Assembly: GCA_044892505.1 (NCBI GenBank)
Contig: CM097882.1
Location: forward strand, 348,564,001-348,628,000
Origin: Schmidtea nova
Lineage: Eukaryota
Direction of reading: 5' to 3'
DNA length: 64,000 nt
The translations under genes and the position numbers were made by a program. How positions within the stretch are numbered: position 1 is the first letter of the stretch; every line of letters begins with the position of its first letter. This document shows positions 1-10,585 of this stretch, piece after piece. The notes beneath the pieces are model-generated. The model was not told where the DNA came from and searched no databases. It was given only the letters and a program-made list of their open reading frames with translations.

Positions 1-282
1 CCATTCTTCTAACACTGGGTGATTTAAGCAATGCATTAAAAAATGATAAACTCCGATGATATATTTGTTTAGGATTAGATTTCAAAATACTTGGAATTTG
101 ATTACCATTAGGAATATTATTCATAATTAGTTTTTTTTCGACGGTGTATAACTGGTTTTAGAAACTGATTTTGAAACGGATTTCTTTCTCGATTTCTTTT
201 TCAATTTCTCACCCGCTTTTATACCTTTTTTCATTGTTTTTCTAGCCTTTATCAATCGCTCAAACTTTACTCGAGATTTCAT
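1..282 (-). CDS. Two tightly packed small ORFs: a 51-aa Lys/Ser-rich basic protein (282..127) and an ORF starting at 124 that runs off the window edge; virus/Polinton-like compact arrangement
   Basis: Manual translation gives MKSRVKFERLIKARKTMKKGIKAGEKLKKKSRKK...SKKN*, then TAA-TT-ATG, then MNNIPNGNQIPSILKSNPKQIYHRSLSFFNALLKSPSVRRM. The stop-start spacing and basic composition recall core proteins of Polinton-like elements (inference). Confidence 0.4.
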
Positions 283-619
283 TTAATATTATTAGTAATA
301 TAAAGTGCATTAACTTTGTTTATAAACAATTTGAAACACTGCATCATTTCTTAATTCCATAAATAAATTAAATTAATATTATTGTTTATATTTGTTTTAA
401 ATAATAGTTGTTTTAAATAATAGTTTCTCCGAATTCAGGAGAAAGAAAATATCCAGAAAGAAGTGGAATATCAATTGGAAAGAATTTCACATTGAGTGAT
501 CAGGATCTTTTAAAGATCAAAATATTTCATTTAAATAAACATTGCGGAGAAGGCTTACTATTGTTACCTTATTATAATAGTTGTCATTGTATTTGTTTCA
601 TTTAAAAATATTTTCAGTA

Positions 620-1085
620 ATGATAATAAACATCAATTATAAGGGTAAGACAGATGTGTCACACATGAACTTTCCAAATGGGAAACCACAGCAAATTGTA
701 GATAGAAGTTGGAAGTATCCAATAATATATTTTAAGACAAGCAGATAGAGAACAATGGTATCCAAGGAATTTATTAGTGATGAAAAAGTAAAGTTTTACG
801 GTTTAACAATACAATCGATTACTGTAACTGCAGATTTAGGATTTATTTGTAATTTAAATGATTTATCTAAATTAATAGAACGTGTTTACGAGCTTGAATT
901 ATTTCCAGTTTTGAGATATATCAAATATAATCCCATGTGTGAATATATTTGCAAGTGGTAAATTAGTCATATTAGGATTAAAAAACAAAGACTATTCAAA
1001 TATAGTTAATAATATTATTAATGATATAAAATCAATTATCGAAGATAAAGCCTTTGCTGATTCCATACTAACACGTGACTTATGA
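620..1085 (+). pseudogene. Intronless divergent TATA-binding-protein-like gene with a premature stop (746-748) and a frameshift near 938
   Basis: Joined frames read TIQSITVTADLGFICNLNDL...YELELFPVLRYIKYNPMC/VNIFASGKLVILGLK, matching TBP repeat 2 (IQNMVGSCDVKFPIRLEGL...[34 protein letters not shown]). An upstream in-frame MIININYKGK...PIIYFKTSR* resembles repeat 1. Confidence 0.8.
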
Positions 1086-1214
1086 TTGCATTAAACCTGC
1101 AATTGAAATGCACGATTCTGATTGGTCGAGTGTATTTCGAGAATAAAGACATGTTGTGCATGCTTGAATCTGATCGGTTCAATGTGTATTATTTTGTACA
1201 TGATGTGTGTTTCT

Positions 1215-1217
<3 letters not shown>

Positions 1218-1298
<81 letters not shown>
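1218..1298. repeat. (TA)n microsatellite abutting an LTR end
   Basis: Pure TA run directly visible. Confidence 0.98.
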
Positions 1299-1302
<4 letters not shown>

Positions 1303-2112
1303 TTATGTTGAATATTTTTTTGTTATTGAATATATTGTGAATGAATAAGTGTAAAGAGATGTTGTAAAGCCCGAAAGAGTCACCGATTTATGTTGGGACA
1401 CTCGGGGTGCGTGTTATGTAATTGGGATGTATTCGTGTGTGCTTGTGTGTGTTTATTACGACAAATTATTAAAAGATTATAATAAAACCAAAACAATATT
1501 TATAATTACAACTTGTATTTATTAAACGAATAAAAAATAACAAATACTCACAGTGGATACATAGTCATAAATAATTCTTCATATTTTCCATTCAATTTTC
1601 TTTTGATATCAACTTTGAATTTTTTCTCAATCAATTCCTTTTAGAGATTATCCTATTGTCTTAGTTAAATTTTTATAATTTATTCTTAGTTATCTTTTAA
1701 TCACTTTTTCGGATTGATTTTTTTCTATTTCATTTGAATTTTTTTTTATTTTAAATTTCATTGTTATTATAATATAATAAACATAGGGGGATTAAACTAT
1801 GTCCAAACGGACGCCCACCATGATCAGAGCGGTAACAAAATACGTACTATCAACAATAAAGATAATAACAAAAAAAACAATGATAAAATTATACAGCATT
1901 CACATAACTTCCCCCTTTTAAACCGGAGGTTACAATATTTACAAAAATAAGTCGAACGAGTTCTGTACATATTTCTATTTATGTTTTGTGTTTGTATGTT
2001 GTGTTGTATTATGTTTTACATATCACGATAAAAAATATAAAATGCACAACGATCATATATTTGCATGCTATGTAGTGTTGTGTTGCTTTTAATTGCGTGT
2101 CTTGGCGTTGTA

Positions 2113-2901
2113 TTATTTGAAGTAGTCACTGTATTGTTTTTTATAGTGAGTGATAATAGCATTTTTGTCGAATTCTTTGACCATGTTTTTGGTGTTCTTT
2201 GTTTGGGGTTCGTTGGGGGATTTGAATGGGGGACTGCATGGAAATTGTTGATTGTGGTGATATGGTTTTGTTCTACGTATATTTATTCTTATTTTGTTTT
2301 TTTTATTTATTATTGTGGCCACGTTTTTGTTAATTTCGAGTAGTTTGAATGGGCCTTCGTATTTGTCTTCGGAACCTTTTGTGAATGGTTTTTTTATTAG
2401 TAAGTAATCGGTTGTTAGTATTATTTTACCATCGTTCTCTGAATTTGATCTATTTTTTAATATTCCTTTTAATTTGTTTTCGATATTCTCACTTTTTTTA
2501 GTTGTTATTTGTTTGTTTATTTCTTCGTTGATTTTTATGTTTGCTTTCTCGTCGAAAGTTACTAGTGTGATAAGTTTGTCGACTTTTTCCAGTAGTGTAT
2601 TTATTTCTGAGCCATGATTCATGTTTTGTTTCGATTTATTGTTCGTTGGACCCATTTGGATAACACCAATGTCCAATCTTGAATTGATTGTCGCCATGGT
2701 TTTGACAGTTTCTTTCTTTGTGATTGTGTTTTCAGTTAATGTTTTATTTTGGCAGTCTACTGTGAGATTGTAGTGTGCCAGAAAATTAGCTCCTATTTTG
2801 GATTGTTGAACAACAGCGATTATGAATGTCCAGCTATATTTCTTTGAATTAATTGTTAGAGTTAGGGTGTGTTCACCAAATTTTTTTATGCTTTGTGCCA
2901 T
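2113..2901 (-). CDS. 262-aa ORF fusing the C-terminal half of the aspartic protease to the integrase C-terminal GPF domain
   Basis: FGEHTLTLTI..KYSWTFIIA..IGANFLAHYNLTVD (protease C-half, no DTG/DSG) and KYEGPFKLLEINKNVATI...INIRRTKPY (IN C-terminus), with no RT motifs in between. Confidence 0.75.
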   Translation of the reverse strand: MAQSIKKFGEHTLTLTINSKKYSWTFIIAVVQQSKIGANFLAHYNLTVDCQNKTLTENTITKKETVKTMATINSRLDIGVIQMGPTNNKSKQNMNHGSEINTLLEKVDKLITLVTFDEKANIKINEEINKQITTKKSENIENKLKGILKNRSNSENDGKIILTTDYLLIKKPFTKGSEDKYEGPFKLLEINKNVATIINKKNKIRINIRRTKPYHHNQQFPCSPPFKSPNEPQTKNTKNMVKEFDKNAIITHYKKQYSDYFK

Positions 2902-3796
2902 TTCTGAGTTTTTTCGTTATATTTGCATGGTTTTGTGCATTTGAATGCTTTTTCTCCAAATTTGTTATGGAAGTTACAAAATTCTTGATTTGCTAGTCTG
3001 ATTTCTGGTTTCCAGAACTTTTGTCTATTTCCAGTTTATTTATTTTTATTGTTGTGAAAGTTTTGGTTTTGATTTCTTGTGTTTGGCTTAGGCCGGTTGA
3101 GCCTATACAATGTTTGATTTGGGTAATAGTATTGTTTTAGGTTTTATTCTTTAATTTCCTTTAGTTCTAATTTGAACCTTTTGTTTTCCGTTGCTATTTT
3201 GTCAAGTTGACTTATTAAAATACTAAGAATTTTATTTGTTTCGTTAAATTCTGTTCTTTCATTTTCTTCCTCATCTTGTTCATGGTTGGATGTTTTATTT
3301 TTGTTGTCATGAGTACTGTTTATACTGGGGTAAGTTCCTGCATTTATTTTATGGACCATGTCTGTCAGAATTTTGTTTTCATTTTGATTATTTTTAGTAG
3401 CTGAGGCTTGACATGATATTTGTTCGTTTGAGTCCAAGTTTGCTATTTTGGTTTGGACATACTCCAAATTTGTTTTAGTGGTTTTGGGAAATTATTTTGG
3501 ATATTATCCTTTTGCCTGTTATTTGTGAAAGATTCTTGTATCTGCTTTTTATTTGTTTGATTTCTGTTTGCTAATATGCTGCAGAGTTTTTCAAAAGGGT
3601 TGTTGTTTGTGAACATTTCGTCTATTTGATCGGAAATTTCATTGCGGATATGACTTGGAATTGCCGTTAATATTTGCGAGAATATTGGTTTTGGCGAGGT
3701 TATACCGCTCAAAGATAATGTAAATTTGGCTACTTTCAACCATGCTTGTAAAGAGCCATTTTCGCTTATAAAAAAATTTGGCATAGGGTTAATCAT
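2888..3796 (-). pseudogene. gag: Frameshifted Gag (CsRn1-like) with Cys/His knuckle
   Basis: MINPMPNFF...LQAWLKVAKFTLSLSGITS...ILTAIPSHIRNEISD...NPFEKLCSIL, and knuckle CNFHNKFGEKAFKCTKPC at ~2975-2920. Confidence 0.8.
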
Positions 3797-4004
3797 TGCG
3801 TAAGTTTTTTATGTTCTTAAAATTGTTTATTTTTTGTGTCATTTCTTTGTTTTGAGAAAATAAAATTGAGCTTATTAAAAGGATATGACCTACTGTATTC
3901 GGTCAAAAGATCTCACCTTCCTTTATAGTTCTATTATAACTATTCTAAAAGGAAAGGTGATTTGAAAAAAAAATTCGTCGAATGTGTGTTTTAATGTTTT
4001 TTTC

Positions 4005-4016
4005 CTTCTGACACCA
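4005..4016 (-). promoter_or_regulatory. Primer-binding site complementary to the tRNA-Leu 3' end
   Basis: Reverse complement TGGTGTCAGAAG immediately inside the 5' LTR. Confidence 0.8.
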
Positions 4017-4269
4017 ATTATTATGGTATTTTTGTTGATTTATGTATGGATACTTTTGTTAAAAAATGTTATTTCTTTTGTATGGTTGTGTATGAGAGGA
4101 AATTATCTAAGAGCCCGAGAGAGTCTCCGATTTAATGTTGGGACACTCGGGGTGTGTGCTTGTATAATGCAGGTTTCACAAAGATATAAATGATCAAAAA
4201 AAATAAACAAATAACAAATTCGAAACAATAAAACTGTAATAAAAAAACACACACAAAAATGTTACTTAC

Positions 4270-4628
4270 GTAGTAAATTAGTGTTCGATTAGTGTTTTTC
4301 TCTGGATCAAGTTTTCTTAAAGATCCAATTTTTGCTTTATTATCGTTATTTCGAGAATCAAATTTCGGGATCAAATTTTCTCAAAGAGCAAATTTTCCTT
4401 CAATTAAATTTTCTTTTAAATTTGCTTTTAGCATATGACAACAATAGGTTTTGTAGTAAATTAGCGTTCGATTAGTGTTTCCCTCTGAATCAAGTTTTCT
4501 TAAAGATCCAATATTTGCTTTATTAGCTTTATTTCGAGAATCAAATTTCGGGATCAAATTTTCTTAACAAGCAAATTTTCCTTCAATTAAATTTTCTTTT
4601 AAATTTGCTTTTGGCATATAACAACAAT
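4270..4628. repeat. Tandem duplication (period ~183 bp) within the right LTR
   Basis: GTAGTAAATTAG.GTTCGATTAG...GGATCAAATTTTC...GCATAT at 4270 and again at 4453. Confidence 0.95.
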
Positions 4629-5017
4629 TGTTTTTCTGGATTAATTTTGATTTTTTGATTTTTTTCTTTCAGCTTCCTTGACTTTCTTTCATTGGCTCCA
4701 ACAATCTTTCGTTAATTTTAGTTATTTAATTCACTATTTATTTTTCTATCGATTTTTTCAGATTTCTATAGCTTATTACTATAAAAGCTTTAAAATTCAA
4801 AATTTCTTAATTTGAAATTTAATTATTGTTTTTTTAATAATAAAAATATAAAAAACAGCAAGAAGGGGGAGAGTCCCCGGTGACCGCAAGGACACCGACC
4901 ATAATAATGCCGGCGCTAACAATGATAATAACGATAATAACAATAATAATCATAAAAATATCAACTAGGTATAACCTTTACAATAATAAACATTCTATCA
5001 TAATTTATATCTTCAAT

Positions 5018-5627
5018 ATGTCTAAACAATCAAATATTCTAAAAAGTGGTAAGGATTATACTTATTATTTTTCAATTTTCAATTATTTTTTTTTCAGAAA
5101 ACTGCTTGCTGTTCTATTTGCAAAATTGGAAGAAATGTATCCAAAGTTAATTCCGACATTATTATACACAGCACCAGAAATGTTACCATTCAAAATTCAA
5201 GTTTTGACGGGGATTGATGTACACCAAATAATAAAGGATCATCTGGATAATTTGAACAACAAATAACCTATATGGCGGAGCAAATATTGTGTGCATAACA
5301 ATGCGGCCACTGCATGGACAAAATTCTCAAATTCCATGTTTGGGTGCTCCAAAAAAGTCTCAATACCTATGAGGCTATTCATCTAAAGAAAATAGTTGAG
5401 GAGGATGAGCAAGAGAAAGAGTTGTGGCCGAATACAACACCGGAACCGTTGGATGACCCTGCTATGTCAATTATCGAATGTGATTGTCCGATTGAAAATA
5501 AAGAATGCATTGAATCTCCAGAATCACTTATTGTGACGAATGTTATAGAAAGGTTGAAACCGAAGTAAAAGACGAAGTAGAAGACGAAGAAGAAGAAGAA
5601 GAAGAAGAAGAAGAAGAAAATAAATAA
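5018..5627 (+). pseudogene. Unidentified disrupted coding segment with CxxC motifs and a poly-Glu tail; possible 49-nt intron (5049-5097)
   Basis: GTAAGG donor and TTTTCAG acceptor; frames read ACCSICK and YCDECYRKVETEVKDEVEDEEEE; several stops and frameshifts. Confidence 0.3.
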
Positions 5628-5972
5628 TAAATATTAATTAATAATTAGGTTTTTAATGTGATTTTAGTATTATGTCATTTTAGTATTGTCATTAATAAAT
5701 GTTTTAGATTTGGCTTTATTTTATTTAAATTTAAAATGTAGTTTTAGAATATAGTTTTATTAAACTTTTAAATAAATTTTTATTTTTATTAAACTTTAAT
5801 TTATTTTTTTTAATTTTAAGTTTGTTTATTTTTTATTGTACAATTGATTAAGTTATTTTATTTATTGCATGTTCATTAAAAAGAAAGATAACTAGTAATA
5901 CATAATTATGAATTCGAAAAAAGAAATAAATATAATAATAATCATTAAATTAAACATTCAATAATTACACAC

Positions 5973-6512
5973 ATGCATAATACAAAGACATACATAACAT
6001 ATGCAATACAAATGCATGAATATGATTGGACAAAGACATATAGTCATCACTATAAATACAAAGACATTTTAAAGATATTGTCACAATCTATAAAAATGCA
6101 ATCACGTAAACAAAATTATGATGTCAGCGAAGAAAGAATATTCCCGACTGAAGTACAACCCGTTCAAATGTATTACGATAGCCGAATTTATTTTTTGATT
6201 GAAGAAATACCGTTTCGCTTGTCTTTTCCAGTAAAATTAACAAAGTCATTGTATGATAGTCTAGCTGTCATTATTGATAAAGAAGATATTATAGCACTAA
6301 ATAGAGTTTTTTCAAAAATAAATATCAATTTAATTTGTAAAGAAACGATGTACATCAACAACAGGAAAACTCGTTTCCAGGATGCTTTTCAAACTATCAA
6401 ATTCATGGATCAAGAACACTGGTTCGTTACGATAATTATTCAAAGATATAAGATCGATAAAAAGGAAGTCATAACTCCAATTTGTAGAATTGACAATGCA
6501 CGATATGCATAA
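5973..6512 (+). CDS. Orphan protein, paralog A (possible OB-fold/SSB-like)
   Basis: Open 179-aa frame whose C-terminal ~70 aa closely match the ORF at 10013 (CKETMYINNRKTRFQDAFQ..WFVTIIIQRYKID.KEVITPICRIDNARYA). Confidence 0.65.
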   Translation: MHNTKTYITYAIQMHEYDWTKTYSHHYKYKDILKILSQSIKMQSRKQNYDVSEERIFPTEVQPVQMYYDSRIYFLIEEIPFRLSFPVKLTKSLYDSLAVIIDKEDIIALNRVFSKININLICKETMYINNRKTRFQDAFQTIKFMDQEHWFVTIIIQRYKIDKKEVITPICRIDNARYA

Positions 6513-6579
6513 TTGTTATTTAATAAATTTTACTATGAACAATTTTAGTTTTTATTTATATTATTTTTTGTATTTTTTT

Positions 6580-7159
6580 AAAATGAAACTAATTATAATC
6601 AAGTATTATGTGTGCACACTACATAAGGAGAACAAGCTTTGGAAGCTTGCCAATCAACCCATTCGTTTAAACATTAAATGAAGCCAAATACGATTATAAT
6701 GTGATCAGTGTCCTTCAAAAATGGGAAAAAATGATTAATAAATCTATGAAAGAGTTAAATGTCCGAATCAAACATTTATTAAAAAACAATATGAACAAAA
6801 CAATATGTCAAAATAAAACAGTTGAAATTGAAAACGAAAAAACGGCATTAGTATTACATTATATAAGTGAAAATGAAACTAATTATAATCAAGTATTATG
6901 TGTGCACACTACATAAGGAGAACAAGCTTTGGAAGCTTGCCAATCAACCCATTCGTTTAAACATTGAATGAAGCCAAATACGATTATAATGTGATCAGTG
7001 TCCTTCAAAAATGGGAAAAAATGATTACCAAAATCTATGAAAGAGTTAAATGTCCGAATCAAACATTTATTAAAAAACAATATGAACAAAACAATATGTC
7101 AAAATAAAACAGTTGAAATTGAAAACGAAAAAACGGCATTAGTATTACATTATATAAGT
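6580..7159. repeat. Near-identical tandem duplication, period ~290 bp
   Basis: AAATGAAACTAATTATAATCAAGTATTATGTGTGCACAC...TTATATAAGT at 6581 and 6871. Confidence 0.97.
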
Positions 7160-7512
7160 TTATTGATATTAATCGTAATCTTGATATTATCAACTTCGAT
7201 AAGGTTAGAGAAAATATTGAATATTCCTAAGAATAATATTCCTATAAATAATATTCCTGTAAATAATATTCCTATGAATAATTTTGATATGAATAATTTT
7301 GATTCGAAATTTTGTACACGTAATCAACGTTATATTTATAAATAAATTTTATTATTTAGTCTTTGTATTTATTATTACTAATGTCTTTGTTAACTTGCAT
7401 CTGCATTGCAATGTTAACTATGTCGTTGTTTAAATATTATGACCATGAAAAAATCTTTTCAATTATATATAATTTGTTTCAAAATTTTGTTTCAAAATTT
7501 GATTTTTACATC

Positions 7513-7830
7513 ACATACCTTCAAAAATCATACCGTCGTGTGTATCTCGCAAAGGGCTTTCAAACGATACCAATATTTACCGAGGTACTTTAAATTCTTA
7601 AATTTGTGGTGCAAATGTTTATTTTTTCGATCAGACACCTTAAAAAATAATACCATCGTGTGCGTCACTGAAATGTCTTTCGAACGATACCAATTTTAAC
7701 CTTGGTTCATTAAGTTATTTTTTTGTTTCAAAATTTTATTTTTTGAACAGACACCTAAAAATATAAAACCATCGTGTGTGTCATTAAAATGCCTTTCTAA
7801 CGATACCAAATTTGACCATGATACTTGTAC
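7513..7830. repeat. Three diverged ~118-bp tandem repeats
   Basis: ACACCT..AAA..AT.ACC.TCGTGTG...AAA.G.CTTT..AACGATACCAA repeated at ~7515, ~7634 and ~7751. Confidence 0.85.
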
Positions 7831-7864
7831 TTTTTAAAAATTAAAAAATTATTTAAATTTGAAA

Positions 7865-8516
7865 TGAGTCATCGAAGTAGGTAGAAGTGTGGAGCCGGAA
7901 ACAAAGACATTATGACTCATCGATGACTCATAACAAAGAACCCCTCGGGAGTAGAATTTTTTATGACTCATCGCAATGACTCATCGATGACTCATTTCAA
8001 ATTTTTCAAATTAATTTTTTAATTTAATTTAATTTTTTTAATTAAAAAAAAAATTTTAAAAATAACTTCTGCAAAATAGCTAATTCATCGATGAGTCTGA
8101 AAAACAAAAAAAAATTCAAAATAATCAAAATTGAGAAAGTTCAAAAAAAATTGCTTATTTTTCGATGTGTCATAAAAAGTTTTGATGAGTCATCGATTAG
8201 TAATCGATTGGTAAAATAAAATTTTTTAAAAAAACAGAAAATTTTTCGAAAATAAAAGATAAAAGAAATAAGTAAAAAAATGATTAAAAAAAGTAAATAA
8301 TAAAAATTTTTAAAAAAACAGAAAATATTTCAAAAAAAAAGGTTAAAAAAAGTAAATAAAAAAAGTTTTTAAAAAAACAGAAAATATTTCGAAAAAAAGG
8401 TAAAAAAAGATTATTTTTTTTAAATTGACCCCTCGCCCACGCAAAAGAAAATTGTCCCCTACCCCCCAGGGGGATTCGGTGACTCATGGTCTTTGTTTGA
8501 ATTTTTCCGCCCACGC
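7865..8516. promoter_or_regulatory. Cluster of 8 AP-1/TRE (TGA[C/G]TCA) sites and 2 EGR-type (GCGTGGGCG) sites
   Basis: TGASTCA at 7865, 7913, 7924, 7964, 7977, 7988, 8186 and 8480; CGCCCACGC at 8434 and 8508. Confidence 0.6.
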
Positions 8517-8524
8517 ATTTCTTT

Positions 8525-9700
8525 GTGTTTGACTCCACACATTTACCTACTTTAGTGAAACAAAATCAAGATGAAAGATTTGTTACATTTGAGATACGAG
8601 TGAAAAGACTTGTTGACAAGCTTTTTGACTGTCTAATCTCAAAAGAAAATATTATTGAACTGATTTTGCGCAACAGAATTCGGAACGACCGTTTGAATGA
8701 AAACATATCAATGAAGGCTAACAGAGAAAACATTAGGAATTTATCAAATTTACATAAACCACGAGAAGGTTATGATACAAAAGAACGATTTGAAGAAGTT
8801 CAGACACTGGTTAAATCAATCTATTCAAACGTTGTTCTAGATAAACATCTTTTAATAACAGAATATATTCAAGTCTTCAATCAAAAATAAGTTATGAAAA
8901 TAGAAATGAAAAAAACGAAAGACAAATTGATAGAGTGACACCCGTGGTAGAACAATATAATGAGAGGAAAATTACGGATAGTAGAACATCACCGTTAGTT
9001 TCAATGAAACATATCGCGAGGAAAGTTTAAAATAGATGTTGCGGTTTTACCTTAGCCATCAAAAATTTTACCTAAACTAAAATTCAATGCAATTTCTGAA
9101 ATTAAAGATTCATTACCTGATGTGTTTTATCATTTACCACAAGTAATTAATAAAGTGACTGAGGTGTTTAACGAAAATGAAACTGAAAATAAACAAGATG
9201 GCGGAATTCTTAAACGTAAAAGAATTATGAAGAAACATATAAACAAAAGAATGAAAGGATATGGAAAGGATTTTGCGATATTGAAGTAAAAACTAACCAG
9301 CACGGTGAAACAAAAGCAAATGAACAAAAACTAAAAACAGAAAATAAAAGTGGCATATAACTAACGAAATTTAAAACATTATACAAACAGTACTGAACAT
9401 AACTAATAACTAGCGGCGAACGAAGAAACAAAATGCAGTCGAACACGCAATAATTAGCAGTGGAAATCCAGTTCACGCAAAGGTCAGACAGTTAGACAAA
9501 AGAAAACTTGAAATAACCAAAAAGATATTCGATGAACTGTTAGATAACAAATTCATCAAATATTTAAATTCGAATTTGTCATCAGCCCTCATACTGAATG
9601 AAAAATAATCCACCTAGGAATATTTTGTAATTGTTTAAGTATTTAAATGAAAACAACTTTCGGTATTTAAAAATATTTTGCAATCGAGATGCATTCGAGG
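8525..9700 (+). mobile_element. Highly degenerate Gypsy gag/RT remnant
   Basis: FVTFEIRVKRLVDKL (gag-like) and VRQLDKRKLEITKKIFDELLDNKFIKYLNSNLSSAL at ~9480-9600 (RT N-terminus-like). Confidence 0.45.
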
Positions 9701-10012
9701 TCCAATACATTAGTAATATATGTCAACACACACACACATTAAAGGTAATGAACTTTCATACACGCACAACACAAGCACAACAATAATGAAAATCGTTAAT
9801 GAAATTCTCTATGTAAAAAGTTAATTTGTACATTCAATTTAATATATGACATCTCCACTGACAACAGATTACTACTAACGTTTGGAGAAATTTTTTCATT
9901 ACTTTACATCTATGTAACAAACTTACTTTGCCTCCTAATTTATAGCTAATTTTATCTTAATTAACTTTTCATTGGCTATTTTTAAAAATTATTTTGTTAA
10001 ATTCTTAGTAAA

Positions 10013-10456
10013 ATGCTATGTGTTTTCAGCAGCCAAAAATCTAGTCCAATCAAGAAGATGTTTGATGACTCGAATGAAAAGAAGATTAAACTAATTATCA
10101 AGCCAGTTCAAATGTTTCATGAGCATCAAATGTTTATCTTGGAAAAGGGAATTGAATTCAAATTCATCGATCTTGTCAAATTATTCAAGTCTCAATATTC
10201 AAACGTGATTGGGAAATTATATAAGCAAGATGTTGTTAGTGTCAAAAAGGTTTTGATGAAAATCAATAAAAACTTGACTTGCAGAGAAAATATATTTATC
10301 AACAATCGCAAAACACGTTTTCACGATGCCTTTCAATAACTCAAATATAAATATGACGAAAACTGGTTCCTCAATATTACAATCCAAGGCTACGAAATCA
10401 ATTCCAAAGATGTTATGACACCGATTTGGAGAGTAAATGGCGCTAGGTTAGCGTAG
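10013..10456 (+). pseudogene. Orphan protein, paralog B, with one in-frame stop at 10337-10339
   Basis: Reading through the stop gives CRENIFINNRKTRFHDAFQ*LKYKYDENWFLNITIQGYEINSKDVMTPIWRVNGARLA*, matching 5973-6512. Confidence 0.7.
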
Positions 10457-10547
10457 ACTTGTATTTTAATAAATTTAATAATATTAGTTTTGACTTTAGC
10501 TTTTAATTTTTAAAAATCTTTGAAGTTTTAAAAATTTTTAAAGTTTT

Positions 10548-10585
10548 TTGACCTTGACCTCGACCTTGACCTCGAGATGACCCAG
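10548..10585. repeat. Tandem TGACCT/CGACCT hexamer array
   Basis: TTGACCTTGACCTCGACCTTGACCTCGAGATGACC. Confidence 0.7.

Larger units (their letters stand above)
1299..4976 (-). mobile_element. Internally deleted (RT/RH/IN-core-less) Gypsy LTR retrotransposon
   Basis: Diverged direct repeats at 1299-1909 and 4017-~4976 share ATTATTATG starts and GCCCGA.AGAGTC.CCGATTT..GTTGGGACACTCGGGGTG. A tRNA-Leu-type PBS (TGGTGTCAGAAG) lies at 4016-4005 and a PPT (AAAAGGGGGA) at ~1919-1910. Gag, protease and integrase C-terminal motifs lie inside. Confidence 0.85.

Noticed and set aside
1082-1348. ORFs with YIYI repeats
   Set aside because: Translation of a (TA)n microsatellite
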